Source: an uncultured Anaerolineaceae bacterium (GTDB lineage Bacteria > Chloroflexota > Limnocylindria > Limnocylindrales > CSP1-4). Taken from it: a DNA stretch of 26,473 nt. The notes under the pieces are model-generated. The model was not told the origin of the DNA. It made no database searches and saw only the letters and a program-made list of their open reading frames with translations. Both the position numbers and the translations under genes were made by a program. Shown in pieces: positions 7,692-16,054 of the stretch. The stretch is taken from assembly GCA_964388515.1 (NCBI GenBank), contig CAYMBB010000002.1, positions 1 to 26,473 of the forward strand, read 5' to 3'. Every line of letters starts with the position of its first letter. Position 1 is the first letter of the stretch.

Positions 7692-9064
7692 GCGAGCGGC
7701 TGGCCGGGCGTCTCGTCGCCCTCGGCGTCACCGGCTCGGTCGCGGCCTACAAGGCGGTCGAGCTGCTCCGGCTCCTCCAGGCCGAGGGCGCGGAGACGGT
7801 CGTGCTGATGACGCCCTCGGCCACCCGCTTCGTCGGCCCGCTCACGTTCGAGGCGCTCAGCCGGCGCGCCGTCGAGAGCGACGTCCTGGCCCTCCTGCCC
7901 GACGGGCGGATCGGCCACATCGTGGTCGCCGACAGCGCGGATGCGATCGTCGTCGCGCCGGCGACCGCCCACTGGCTGGCGGCGATGGCCAACGGGCTGG
8001 CCGGCGACACGGTCACCGCGGCCTGCCTGGCCACGAGCGCGCCGGTCGTCGTCGCACCGGCGATGGACGGCGAGATGTACGCCCACCCGGCGACCCGGGC
8101 GAACGTCGCCCGCCTGCGCGAGGCGTTCGGCTACACGGTCGTCGACCCCGAGCCGGGTCCACTCGCCTCCGGCCAGGTCGGCATCGGCCGGCTGGCCGCC
8201 CTGCCGGCGATCGTCGACGCCGTCGTGGCCGTGCTCGCCGGGCGGCCGGTCCGCAGCCCGGAGCCGGCGAGCCGCCCACCGCTCGTTCCCCGGACCGCGC
8301 CCCCGGACTTCGACGGCCGCCGGCTCGTCGTCACCGCCGGCGGGACCGCCGAGCCGATCGACCCGGTCCGGTTCATCGGCAACCGCTCGACCGGCCGGAT
8401 GGGCGTCGCGATCGCCGAGGCGGCGCTCGACCGGGGCGCGAGCGTAACCCTGATCGCCGGCCTGGTCAGCGTGCCCCTGCCCGAGCGGGCGCGGGTTGTC
8501 CGCGCCGAGTCGACCGCGGCGATGCGCACCGCCCTGCTCGACGCGCTGGTCGGGCCGCACGGCCAGGCCGGCTTCGACGCGCTGGTCATGGCCGCCGCCG
8601 TGGCCGACTTCCGGCCGGCCCGCCCGGCCGGAACGAAGATCGCCCGGGGTGCCGCGCTCACGCTCGAGCTGGAACCGACGCCCGACCTGCTCGCCGAGCT
8701 CGGCCGGCTGGCCCGTGGGCTCGACAGCGCCGGCCGGCCAGGCGGCCGACCGCTCGAGCCGGCGCCGGTCCTGGTCGGCTTCGCGGCCGAGACCGGCTCG
8801 CTCGACCGCGTGCCCGACAAGCTCCGTGCCAAGGGGCTCGACCTGCTCGTGGCCAACGACGTCACCGAGCCCGGCTCGGGCTTCGGGACCGAGACGAACC
8901 GGGTGACCGTCTACGCCCCCGATTCTCCGCCCGAGGCCTGGCCGCTGCTCACCAAGCGCGAGGTCGCCGACCGGCTCCTCGACCGGATCGCCCGCCGCCT
9001 CGACGAGCGCGACGCCGCGCGCCGGACTCCACTCACCGTCGCCGCACAGGAGAGCCGCCGATGA
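7688..9064 (+). CDS. coaBC: Bifunctional phosphopantothenoylcysteine decarboxylase/synthetase
   Basis: LGVTGSVAAYKA and APATA (HFCD flavoprotein domain); TAGGTAEPIDPVRFIGNRSTGRMG, AAAVADFRP, GFAAET and ANDV (CoaB domain). GTGA overlap with coaX. Confidence 0.96.
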   Translation: MSERLAGRLVALGVTGSVAAYKAVELLRLLQAEGAETVVLMTPSATRFVGPLTFEALSRRAVESDVLALLPDGRIGHIVVADSADAIVVAPATAHWLAAMANGLAGDTVTAACLATSAPVVVAPAMDGEMYAHPATRANVARLREAFGYTVVDPEPGPLASGQVGIGRLAALPAIVDAVVAVLAGRPVRSPEPASRPPLVPRTAPPDFDGRRLVVTAGGTAEPIDPVRFIGNRSTGRMGVAIAEAALDRGASVTLIAGLVSVPLPERARVVRAESTAAMRTALLDALVGPHGQAGFDALVMAAAVADFRPARPAGTKIARGAALTLELEPTPDLLAELGRLARGLDSAGRPGGRPLEPAPVLVGFAAETGSLDRVPDKLRAKGLDLLVANDVTEPGSGFGTETNRVTVYAPDSPPEAWPLLTKREVADRLLDRIARRLDERDAARRTPLTVAAQESRR

Positions 9065-9996
9065 GCGCCACGACCCTCGTCCGCCGACTGACCGTCACCG
9101 ACGTCGCGAAGATGCACGCCGACGGCGAGCGGATCGCCATGCTCACGGCCTACGACTACCCGACCGCCCGCCTGCTCGATGAGGCGGGCGTGCCGATGAT
9201 CCTCGTCGGCGACTCGGTCGGCCAGGTGATCCTGGGCTACGAGTCGACCGTCCGGGTCTCGATGGCCGAGATGCTCCACCACACCAAGGCGGTCGTGCGC
9301 GGCACTGCGCGGGCGCTCGTCATCGCCGACATGCCGTTCCTCTCGTATGCCACGCCCGAGGACGCGGTCGCCAACGCCGGGGCATTCCTGCGCGAGGCGG
9401 GCGCCCAGGCGGTGAAGATCGAGGGCGGCGTCCGGAGCGCGCGGACGATCGAGACCCTGGTCAAGGCCGGCATCCCGGTCATGGGCCACATCGGGCTGAC
9501 GCCCCAGGCGATCAACGCGATCGGCCGGGTGCGCGTCCAGGGCAGGACCCGCGAGACGGCCCGGGCGCTCCTCGGCGACGCCCTCGCCGTCCAGGAGGCG
9601 GGCGCCTTCTCGATCGTCCTCGAGCTGGTGCCCGAGCAGCTGGCCCGGGCGATCACCGAGCGACTCCGGATCCCCACGATCGGGATCGGCGCCGGACCCG
9701 GCTGCAGCGGCCAGGTCCAGGTGATCACCGACCTGCTCGGCTTCTCCGACTACTCGCCCAGGCACGCCCGCCGCTACGCCGACCTGCGAGCGACGATCCT
9801 GGCTGCGGTGGCCGCCTACGAGGCCGACGTCGCGGCCGGGACGTTCCCGGGCCCGGAGCAGACGGTTCGGATGGACGACGACGTCCTGGCCGAGGTGCTC
9901 GGCCGCTCGGCCCTCGATCGGGCCGGCGAGGCCGGCGAGCCGAGGGGCGCATCGGGCGGCGCCCTGGCCGGCATCCCGCTCGACCGCGATCTCTGA
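9061..9996 (+). CDS. panB: 3-methyl-2-oxobutanoate hydroxymethyltransferase, 311 aa
   Basis: MLTAYDY, ILVGDSVG, VIADMPF, AVKIEGG, PVMGHIGLTPQ, IGIGAG. ATGA overlap with coaBC. Confidence 0.97.
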   Translation: MSATTLVRRLTVTDVAKMHADGERIAMLTAYDYPTARLLDEAGVPMILVGDSVGQVILGYESTVRVSMAEMLHHTKAVVRGTARALVIADMPFLSYATPEDAVANAGAFLREAGAQAVKIEGGVRSARTIETLVKAGIPVMGHIGLTPQAINAIGRVRVQGRTRETARALLGDALAVQEAGAFSIVLELVPEQLARAITERLRIPTIGIGAGPGCSGQVQVITDLLGFSDYSPRHARRYADLRATILAAVAAYEADVAAGTFPGPEQTVRMDDDVLAEVLGRSALDRAGEAGEPRGASGGALAGIPLDRDL

Positions 9997-10030
9997 GGCC
10001 CGTGCGCCGGGACTGCCGGGACCGCCGGCG

Positions 10031-10864
10031 GTGAAGCTCGTCCGGACCAGGGCGGAGCTCCGGGCCGCCCTCGCCGGCGCTGCCCGTCCGCTCGGCTTCG
10101 TGCCGACGATGGGCTGGCTGCACGAGGGCCATCGCTCGCTCATCGAGCGCTCGCGGGCCGAGAACCGGACGACGGTCGTCTCGATCTTCGTCAACCCGCG
10201 CCAGTTCGGTTCGCCCGAGGACCTCGCCCGCTACCCGCGCGACGAGGCCCGGGATCTCGCGATCTGCGCCGGCGAACAGGTCGACATCGTCTTCGCCCCG
10301 CCGGTCGAGGAGGTCTACCCGCCCGGTTTCGACACGACCGTCTCGGTCGGCGCGATCGCCCGGCCGCTCGAGGGAACGGCCCGGCCGGGTCACTTCGACG
10401 GCGTGGCGACCGTCGTCGCTGTCCTCTTCGGGCTGGTCGGGGCCGAGCGCGCCTACTTCGGCCAGAAGGATGCCCAGCAGGTGATGGTGATCCGCCGGAT
10501 GGCCCTCGACCTGGCGATCGCGACCGAGGTGGTCAGCTGCCCGACCGTCCGCGAGCCGGACGGCCTTGCGCTCAGCTCGCGCAACGTCCGCCTCTCGCCC
10601 GAGCAGCGCGCGGCCGCCACCGTCCTCCACCGGGCGCTCGTCGCGGCCAGGACCCTCCACGAGCGCGGCGAGGCCTCCGGCGACGCGCTGCGCGAGGAGA
10701 TGCGCCGGGTCCTGGCGACCGAGCCGCTGGCGCGCACCGAGTACGTCAGCTGCGCCGATGCCCGGACGCTGCTCGAGCTCGAGCGGGTCGAGGGTCCGGC
10801 CCTCCTGTCGCTCGCGGTCCTGTTCGGGACGGTCCGCCTGATCGACAACGAGCCGCTCGACTGA
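10031..10864 (+). CDS. panC: Pantoate--beta-alanine ligase
   Basis: GFVPTMGWLHEGH, VSIFVNPRQF, RPGHFDGV, FGQKDAQQ, DGLALSSRN, VRLIDN. Confidence 0.97.
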   Translation: MKLVRTRAELRAALAGAARPLGFVPTMGWLHEGHRSLIERSRAENRTTVVSIFVNPRQFGSPEDLARYPRDEARDLAICAGEQVDIVFAPPVEEVYPPGFDTTVSVGAIARPLEGTARPGHFDGVATVVAVLFGLVGAERAYFGQKDAQQVMVIRRMALDLAIATEVVSCPTVREPDGLALSSRNVRLSPEQRAAATVLHRALVAARTLHERGEASGDALREEMRRVLATEPLARTEYVSCADARTLLELERVEGPALLSLAVLFGTVRLIDNEPLD

Positions 10865-10895
10865 CGGTCGGCGCGGGTCCGCCGAGCCCCGTCAG
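10861..10895. terminator. Bidirectional hairpin between convergent panC and the DRTGG gene
   Basis: CTGACGG (10861-10867) / CCGTCAG (10889-10895) outer stem plus TCGGCG/CGCCGA inner stem; includes both stop codons. Confidence 0.55.
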
Positions 10896-12082
10896 GCGAC
10901 CGGGCGGGCGACGTCGAGGATCCGGCCGACGTCGAGATGCTCGGCCACGAGGGCCTTGATCAGGGCGATCTTGTCACGGTCCGAGGCGTGGGTCTTGACC
11001 AGCAGGTCGTGGACGGCCGAGGCGACGGTGTACGTGTTCTCGTGGACGAGGATCGCGAACAGGTCGGCCCGCCGGATCGCGTCGATCACGGCCGGGCGTG
11101 GCCGGTAGCCGTCGGTCAGGACGAGCCCGAGTGCGGCGCGGGCCGGACCGGAGGCCTCGTCGGGGCCGCCGCCGGGACCCGCCCCGGAGGCAACGGCCCG
11201 CTCGGCGAGGCCGGCCATCTCGGCCGCCGTGGCGCCCCGCGGGCGACCCATCAGGTGGGCGGTGGCCAGGGTGAGCAGGACGTCCTCGCGGTCACCGGGG
11301 ACGATCACGAGCGTCTCGGGGCCGATCCGCTCGAGCACGTGATGGGGCTCCATCGCCCCGATCGCGACCTGGCCGATGACGAGGTCGAGGTCCGGTCCGG
11401 GCCAGACGACCTCGCCCCGCACGCCCTCGGCGATCATCGCCAGGCTCGGGTTGGACAGGATCGGGCGATACGGGAGCACGCCCAGGAGCGGGATACCGTG
11501 CCGGGCAAGGCCACGCTCAAGGATCGTGGCGATCCCGGGCTGGGCGTCGACGTCGACCTTGTTGACGATCGCCCCGGCGACGTGGACCCCGTGGGCGGCG
11601 AAATGCGAGGCGTTCAGGATGATCTCGTCGATCGGGCGGCCGACGCCGCCCTCGCTGACGATGATCGCCGGCGCACCGAGCATCGCCGCTACGGTCGCGT
11701 TCGAGAGCCCGATCACGGCGCCGACGCCGGCGTGGCCAGTCCCCTCGACGAGCAGGACGTCGTGGTCGGCGAAGGCCGCGTGCGCGGAGCGGATCCTGGC
11801 CGGCAGGTCCTCGACGACCTCGCCGGCGATGTAGGCCTTGGTGAAGCCGCGCGGGATGTGGACCGGGCTCATCACCCCCAGCGGCTCCGGGAGGTCGAAG
11901 ATCGTGCGCATCAGAACCGCGTCCTCGTCGGCCGGGACGCCGGCCTCGATGATCGTCCGCTGGCCGACCGGCTTCATGAACCCGGTCCGCAGCCGGCGGC
12001 GCAGGAAGCCGTCGAGCAGGCCGAGCGAGGTCGTCGTCTTGCCCCGGTTCTGGCCGGTCGCGGCGAGGTAGAGGTGGCGCAT
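10892..12082 (-). CDS. Stand-alone BioD-like P-loop + DRTGG domain protein (phosphotransacetylase N-terminal-like), 396 aa
   Basis: ATGQNRGKTT P-loop, FMKPVGQ, LLVEGTGH, AIVNKV, VIVPGDREDV. No PTA catalytic domain follows. Confidence 0.85.
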   Translation of the reverse strand: MRHLYLAATGQNRGKTTTSLGLLDGFLRRRLRTGFMKPVGQRTIIEAGVPADEDAVLMRTIFDLPEPLGVMSPVHIPRGFTKAYIAGEVVEDLPARIRSAHAAFADHDVLLVEGTGHAGVGAVIGLSNATVAAMLGAPAIIVSEGGVGRPIDEIILNASHFAAHGVHVAGAIVNKVDVDAQPGIATILERGLARHGIPLLGVLPYRPILSNPSLAMIAEGVRGEVVWPGPDLDLVIGQVAIGAMEPHHVLERIGPETLVIVPGDREDVLLTLATAHLMGRPRGATAAEMAGLAERAVASGAGPGGGPDEASGPARAALGLVLTDGYRPRPAVIDAIRRADLFAILVHENTYTVASAVHDLLVKTHASDRDKIALIKALVAEHLDVGRILDVARPVA

Positions 12083-12139
12083 CGGTGATGGCCGTGCAGC
12101 CGCCGCCCGCGGCGCGGCCGCGGGTCGCGGGTCGCGGAC

Positions 12140-12745
12140 CTAGGCCCTGCTCGCCGTCTTGCGCTCGATCAGCTGGACGGCGTCGCGCAGTCGGGTGAGC
12201 GTCTCGGCGTCGATCGCGTCGGGCTCCAGGTACGGACCGAGCCGTTCCAAGATGTCCGCCACGAGACCGAGGAAGACGCTCGCATCGGCGACGAAGAACT
12301 GCGGTTCGTTGTTGTAGCGGACGAGCGTCAGGCGGCCCTGCAGGACGCGCCGCTCCTCGACGTGGGCGATCTGGGTCGCGAAGTTGTGGCCCTGGATGCC
12401 GTCGGGGTTGTTCAGGAAGTTCAGGGCGTTGTCGATCGCCAGCCCGAACCGGGCCCGCCAGGCGACGAGCCGCTCGTGGACCTCGGACGGGATGCGGACC
12501 TCGGCGACCTCGTCGAAGACCTCCGGGGCGACGGTCAGGAGACCGACCAGGGTCGTCCCGGCGCGGGCGCCGAGCATCACCTGGAGGCTGCGTTCGAGGG
12601 TGAAGACCTCGGAGTCGAAGCGCGGGCTGGAGATCACGTCAGCCAGCAGGTCCTCGACGTTGTCCAGGACATCAGGCTCGGCGACGGCATTGGCGAGGTG
12701 GAGGATCTCCTCCTTGAACAGGAACTTCTCTTCATGGTCGAGCAT
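12140..12745 (-). CDS. Hypothetical protein, 201 aa
   Basis: ATG with an extended -10 box 6 nt upstream. Globular, acidic composition; helical N-terminal half, beta-beta-beta-alpha-like C-terminal part. Confidence 0.85.
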   Translation of the reverse strand: MLDHEEKFLFKEEILHLANAVAEPDVLDNVEDLLADVISSPRFDSEVFTLERSLQVMLGARAGTTLVGLLTVAPEVFDEVAEVRIPSEVHERLVAWRARFGLAIDNALNFLNNPDGIQGHNFATQIAHVEERRVLQGRLTLVRYNNEPQFFVADASVFLGLVADILERLGPYLEPDAIDAETLTRLRDAVQLIERKTASRA

Positions 12746-12751
12746 GACGGC

Positions 12752-12760
12752 ATCGTAGCA
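12752..12760 (-). promoter_or_regulatory. Extended -10 TGcTACGAT; leaderless promoter
   Basis: Minus strand TG-c-TACGAT-gccgtc-ATG (6-nt spacer). Confidence 0.7.
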
Positions 12761-12774
12761 CCGGGCCGGGAGGG

Positions 12775-12809
12775 GACCGCCGGCCGGGCACCAGGCGGAT
12801 CCGGCGGTC
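12775..12809 (-). terminator. GC hairpin after the DMFase-like gene
   Basis: GACCGCCGG (12775-12783) / CCGGCGGTC (12801-12809), 5 nt after the stop; no U-tract. Confidence 0.4.
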
Positions 12810-12814
12810 GGGCG

Positions 12815-14440
12815 TCAGGCGGGTCCGTCGCCCAGCCGGTCGAAGAGGTTGCGGGTCATCTGGCCAACCCGCGGATCGAGCGGCGTCGGCACCCCGTGGT
12901 AGGCGCGCTCGCCGTAGTCGTCGAGCGCCCACGACCACTGGAACGTGCCGGCCGCGAAGACGGTCGCCCCCGACGGGGCGGTGTAGATCGTCGCCGTCTG
13001 GACGGGCGGGCTGGGCAGGTCGCCGGGCTCGCCCGGCGTCGAGCCGATCGCCGCCACCGGGCTGCGGGCGAGGAGGACCGTACCCGCCGGCGCCAGGTCC
13101 GGGAAGTAGGTGTCGTACTCCTGGCCGACGAGGTTCGTCAGCCGATCGCCGTCGCGCAGCCCGGTCCCCTCGTACAGCCAGTGGCCGCTGTTCAGGACGA
13201 TCCAGTCGGCCGGGCGGCGGACGACGTGGCCGTACATCTGGCCGACGAGCGCCGCCTCCGGCTCGTTCACCGGCTGCTCGCGCCAGCGGGCAGTGGCCAG
13301 GCTCGGTTGCGTCGCCGTGACGGGGTCCCGGGCGGCCGACTTGTAGCACGTCATCCGGCGGGCCGGTCCGTCCGGCCCGGCCTCGAGCCGGACCTGCCAG
13401 TAGATCTCGTTGGCCGACAGGAAGAGGACGTTCGTGCCGCCATCGACGGCCGCCTGGAGCGCCTCCCGCATCGGGCGCGACCAGTACTCGTGGTGGCCGG
13501 CGAAGACGACCAGGCGACGTCCGGCGAGCACCTCCGGATGGAGCTCGAGGTCGACGTCGGCGACGTACTCGACCTCGCGGCCCTCCCGCTCCTGCCAGCG
13601 CACGAACTGGTACTCCCAGCGCAACAGGTAGCCCGCGCCGCCATCCTGCTCGTACGGACGGGCGAGGCTGACCGTGGCGGCCGCCTTCGTCCCGGAGGCC
13701 GTCACGGCACCGAAGGAGTTGTAGGAGTAGAGGCTCTTGCCGCCCCAGCCGTTGTAGGCCTGCCAGGTGAGGGCAGCACTGACGAACAGGACCGGCGCCG
13801 GGGTCCGGGTGCCGGGGGCCGGCGGACGGACGACGAACGGGACAGCGGCAGGGCGATCGCTCGACGCTCCCAGGATGGCGAGGTACATCCCGCTCGGCCA
13901 GTCGGCTGGGACGGTCAGCTCGAGGGTCGTGCCCCAGCGGGGTTCGACGAGCCCGGTCCGGGGGTCCGGGCCCGGGGGCGACGCATCCGCGCCGGCGCTC
14001 GGGCGCACCTCCCGGTCCACGCGCACGAGGCGCCCGCCTTCGCCGCCGTACCAGCCCAGCCGGTACCAGGCGACCTCGAACGGGCCGGCGCCCCGGGCCT
14101 GGAGGGCGAGCCGCTCGCCCGGGCCGATCGACGCCCGGTCGAGGTAGCCCTCGAAGCGGGGCGGTCGGCGGACGACGTCCCAGCCCCGGCTGCCCAGCCG
14201 GAGGTTCTCGGCCGCGATCGCGGTCCGGGAACCTCTCGCCGACAGGGCCGGAGAGGCCGGTGGGGCCAGGGAGGCTGGCGAGCTGGCCGGCGAGGCGACC
14301 GGCGCCGACGCCGGGACTGACCTCGTCGGGCGGGGTGCCGGCACCGGCAAGCCGAGCAGGTCACAGGCCGCAGCGAGCGCCCCGGTCGCGACGAGCGCGC
14401 CGAGCCGCGTCCCGCGGATCAGAAAGGTGCGCCGGTCCAT
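12815..14440 (-). CDS. Tat-exported lipoprotein with an N,N-dimethylformamidase large-subunit-like (DUF6605-type) domain, 541 aa
   Basis: MDRRTFL twin-arginine motif, LAAAC lipobox-like Cys26, Pro/Ala/Ser linker, then TWQAYNGWGGKSLY, GHHEYWS, FLSANEIYW and VFAAGTFQWSW motifs. Confidence 0.8.
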   Translation of the reverse strand: MDRRTFLIRGTRLGALVATGALAAACDLLGLPVPAPRPTRSVPASAPVASPASSPASLAPPASPALSARGSRTAIAAENLRLGSRGWDVVRRPPRFEGYLDRASIGPGERLALQARGAGPFEVAWYRLGWYGGEGGRLVRVDREVRPSAGADASPPGPDPRTGLVEPRWGTTLELTVPADWPSGMYLAILGASSDRPAAVPFVVRPPAPGTRTPAPVLFVSAALTWQAYNGWGGKSLYSYNSFGAVTASGTKAAATVSLARPYEQDGGAGYLLRWEYQFVRWQEREGREVEYVADVDLELHPEVLAGRRLVVFAGHHEYWSRPMREALQAAVDGGTNVLFLSANEIYWQVRLEAGPDGPARRMTCYKSAARDPVTATQPSLATARWREQPVNEPEAALVGQMYGHVVRRPADWIVLNSGHWLYEGTGLRDGDRLTNLVGQEYDTYFPDLAPAGTVLLARSPVAAIGSTPGEPGDLPSPPVQTATIYTAPSGATVFAAGTFQWSWALDDYGERAYHGVPTPLDPRVGQMTRNLFDRLGDGPA

Positions 14441-14462
14441 CGAGGCCGGGTCGTCGGACGAC

Positions 14463-14489
14463 CGTGGCCCCGGCTCCGCCGGGGCCACG
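14463..14489 (-). terminator. Perfect 11-bp hairpin after the dehydrogenase gene
   Basis: CGTGGCCCCGG (14463-14473) / CCGGGGCCACG (14479-14489), 5-nt loop; no U-tract. Confidence 0.5.
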
Positions 14490-14520
14490 TCGATGCGGCG
14501 AAGTGGTCGCGAGGCCGGAC

Positions 14521-15786
14521 CTACGGGTAGAGGCCACGCATCGCCGTGGCGTCGGCGACGCGCTTGACGGCGACGAGGTAGGCGGCGGTCCGCATGTGGA
14601 CCTGCTCCTTCTTCGCCATCCCGTACGTCTCGCTGAAGGCCTTGACCATGATCTCGCGGAGCTTGGCGTTGACGACGTCCTCGCTCCAGTGGTCGCGGTT
14701 GAGGTCCTGGACCCACTCGAAGTAGCTGACCGTGACCCCGCCGGCGTTGCACAGGATGTCCGGGATCAGGAAGACGCCGCGCCCGGCGAGGATCTCGTCG
14801 GCCTCGGGCGTCGTGGGCCCGTTCGCGGCCTCGGCCACGATCCTGGCCTTGACGTTCGCCGCGTTGGCGGCCGTGATCTGGTTCTCGAGGGCGGCCGGGA
14901 TGAGCACATCGCACTCGATCTCGAGCAGCTCCTCGTTCGAGACGTTCGTCGCGCCCGGGAAGCCCTGGACGGTGCCGTGCTCGGCCTTCCAGGCGATCAC
15001 GCGGTCGATGTCGAGCCCGGCCGGGTTGTGGATCCCCCCGGTCGAGTCGCTCACCGCGAGGACGGTCGAGCCCTGCTCACGCATCAGGCGGGCCGCGATC
15101 GAGCCGGCGTTGCCGAAGCCCTGGACGACGACCGTGGCCTTGTCGAGGTCGATGTCGAGATGGCGGGCCGCCTCGACGACCGTGAACACGACGCCGCGGG
15201 CGGTCGCCTCGTTGCGTCCTTCCGAACCGCCGAGCGAGATCGGCTTGCCGGTGACCACGCCCGGCACGGTGTAGCCCTGGTGCATCGAGTAGGTGTCCAT
15301 CATCCAGGCCATCACCTGGGCGTTGGTGTTGACGTCCGGGGCCGGGATGTCACGCTCGGGGCCGATCAGGACGCTGATCTCGGTCGTGAAGCGACGGGTG
15401 AGCGCCTCGAGCTCCTTGGTCGAGAGCTTCTTGGGGTCGACGACGACACCGCCCTTGCCGCCACCGTACGGAATGCCCACGACCGCGCACTTCCAGGTCA
15501 TCCACATCGCGAGGGCCTTGACCTCGTCGAGCGTGACGTCCTGGTGGTAGCGGATGCCGCCCTTGGCCGGACCGCGGCCGAGGTTGTGCTGGACGCGGTA
15601 GCCGGTGAAGACCTGGACCGAGCCGTCGTCCATCTTCACCGGGAAGTGGACGGTGAGCTCGCGACGCGGCTCGCGCAGGACCCGGCGCAGGCCGTGGTCC
15701 AGGTTCAGCCGTTCGGCGGCCAGGTCGAACTGCCGCTGCGCGACCCGCCAGGCGTTGATCGGCGCAGCGGCGTGCTCGGTTGTCAT
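14521..15786 (-). CDS. gdhA: Glu/Leu/Phe/Val dehydrogenase, most likely glutamate dehydrogenase, 421 aa
   Basis: GYRVQHN, GPAKGGIRY, MTWKCA, GGGKGG, DIPAPDVNT, VQGFGNAG, EAANGPTT, NAGGVTVSYFEWVQ. GGAGG SD upstream of the ATG at 15786. Confidence 0.93.
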   Translation of the reverse strand: MTTEHAAAPINAWRVAQRQFDLAAERLNLDHGLRRVLREPRRELTVHFPVKMDDGSVQVFTGYRVQHNLGRGPAKGGIRYHQDVTLDEVKALAMWMTWKCAVVGIPYGGGKGGVVVDPKKLSTKELEALTRRFTTEISVLIGPERDIPAPDVNTNAQVMAWMMDTYSMHQGYTVPGVVTGKPISLGGSEGRNEATARGVVFTVVEAARHLDIDLDKATVVVQGFGNAGSIAARLMREQGSTVLAVSDSTGGIHNPAGLDIDRVIAWKAEHGTVQGFPGATNVSNEELLEIECDVLIPAALENQITAANAANVKARIVAEAANGPTTPEADEILAGRGVFLIPDILCNAGGVTVSYFEWVQDLNRDHWSEDVVNAKLREIMVKAFSETYGMAKKEQVHMRTAAYLVAVKRVADATAMRGLYP

Positions 15787-15930
15787 GGAGCGGGGTTCCT
15801 CCGTATCCAGGCGCGCCCGATGTTGTGGGCCGACCCGGTCTGCTGAGCCGTCTCCCGGACGACTCGACGGCTCGCGGTGGCCCGCCTGGGGAATCGCGTC
15901 GGCGGCACCGCGTGGCTGGAAGCTTCCGGG

Positions 15931-15936
15931 AGTATA
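15931..15936 (-). promoter_or_regulatory. -10 box TATACT of the dehydrogenase gene (leader about 138 nt)
   Basis: Near-consensus hexamer in a GC-rich intergenic region, flanked by two 10-bp palindromes. Confidence 0.65.
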
Positions 15937-16054
15937 GCCACGTGGCGCCCGGGCCGGCACGGGCCGGGCGGACCGCCCCGCAGGGGGCCGATGGCCCACC
16001 AACCCGGGCGGAGCGGCCCACCCCGCCGCCGCCCATGGCCGCGCACGATCTCCC

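Noticed and set aside
12118-12139. GCGGGTC tandem repeat (about 2.5 copies) in an intergenic gap
   Set aside because: Too short and GC-rich to be significant.
14441-14520. Longer N-terminus (GTG near 14488) or read-through fusion of gdh with the DMFase-like gene
   Set aside because: The Tat motif fits best with ATG 14440, the upstream segment forms a strong hairpin, and gdh ends in its own TAG in a different frame.
15845-15895. ZTP (pfl) riboswitch-like words GACTCGACGG and GCCCGCCTGGG
   Set aside because: They are on the + strand, antisense to the gdh leader, with no + strand gene downstream. The P3-closing GGGC and proper P1/P2 are missing.
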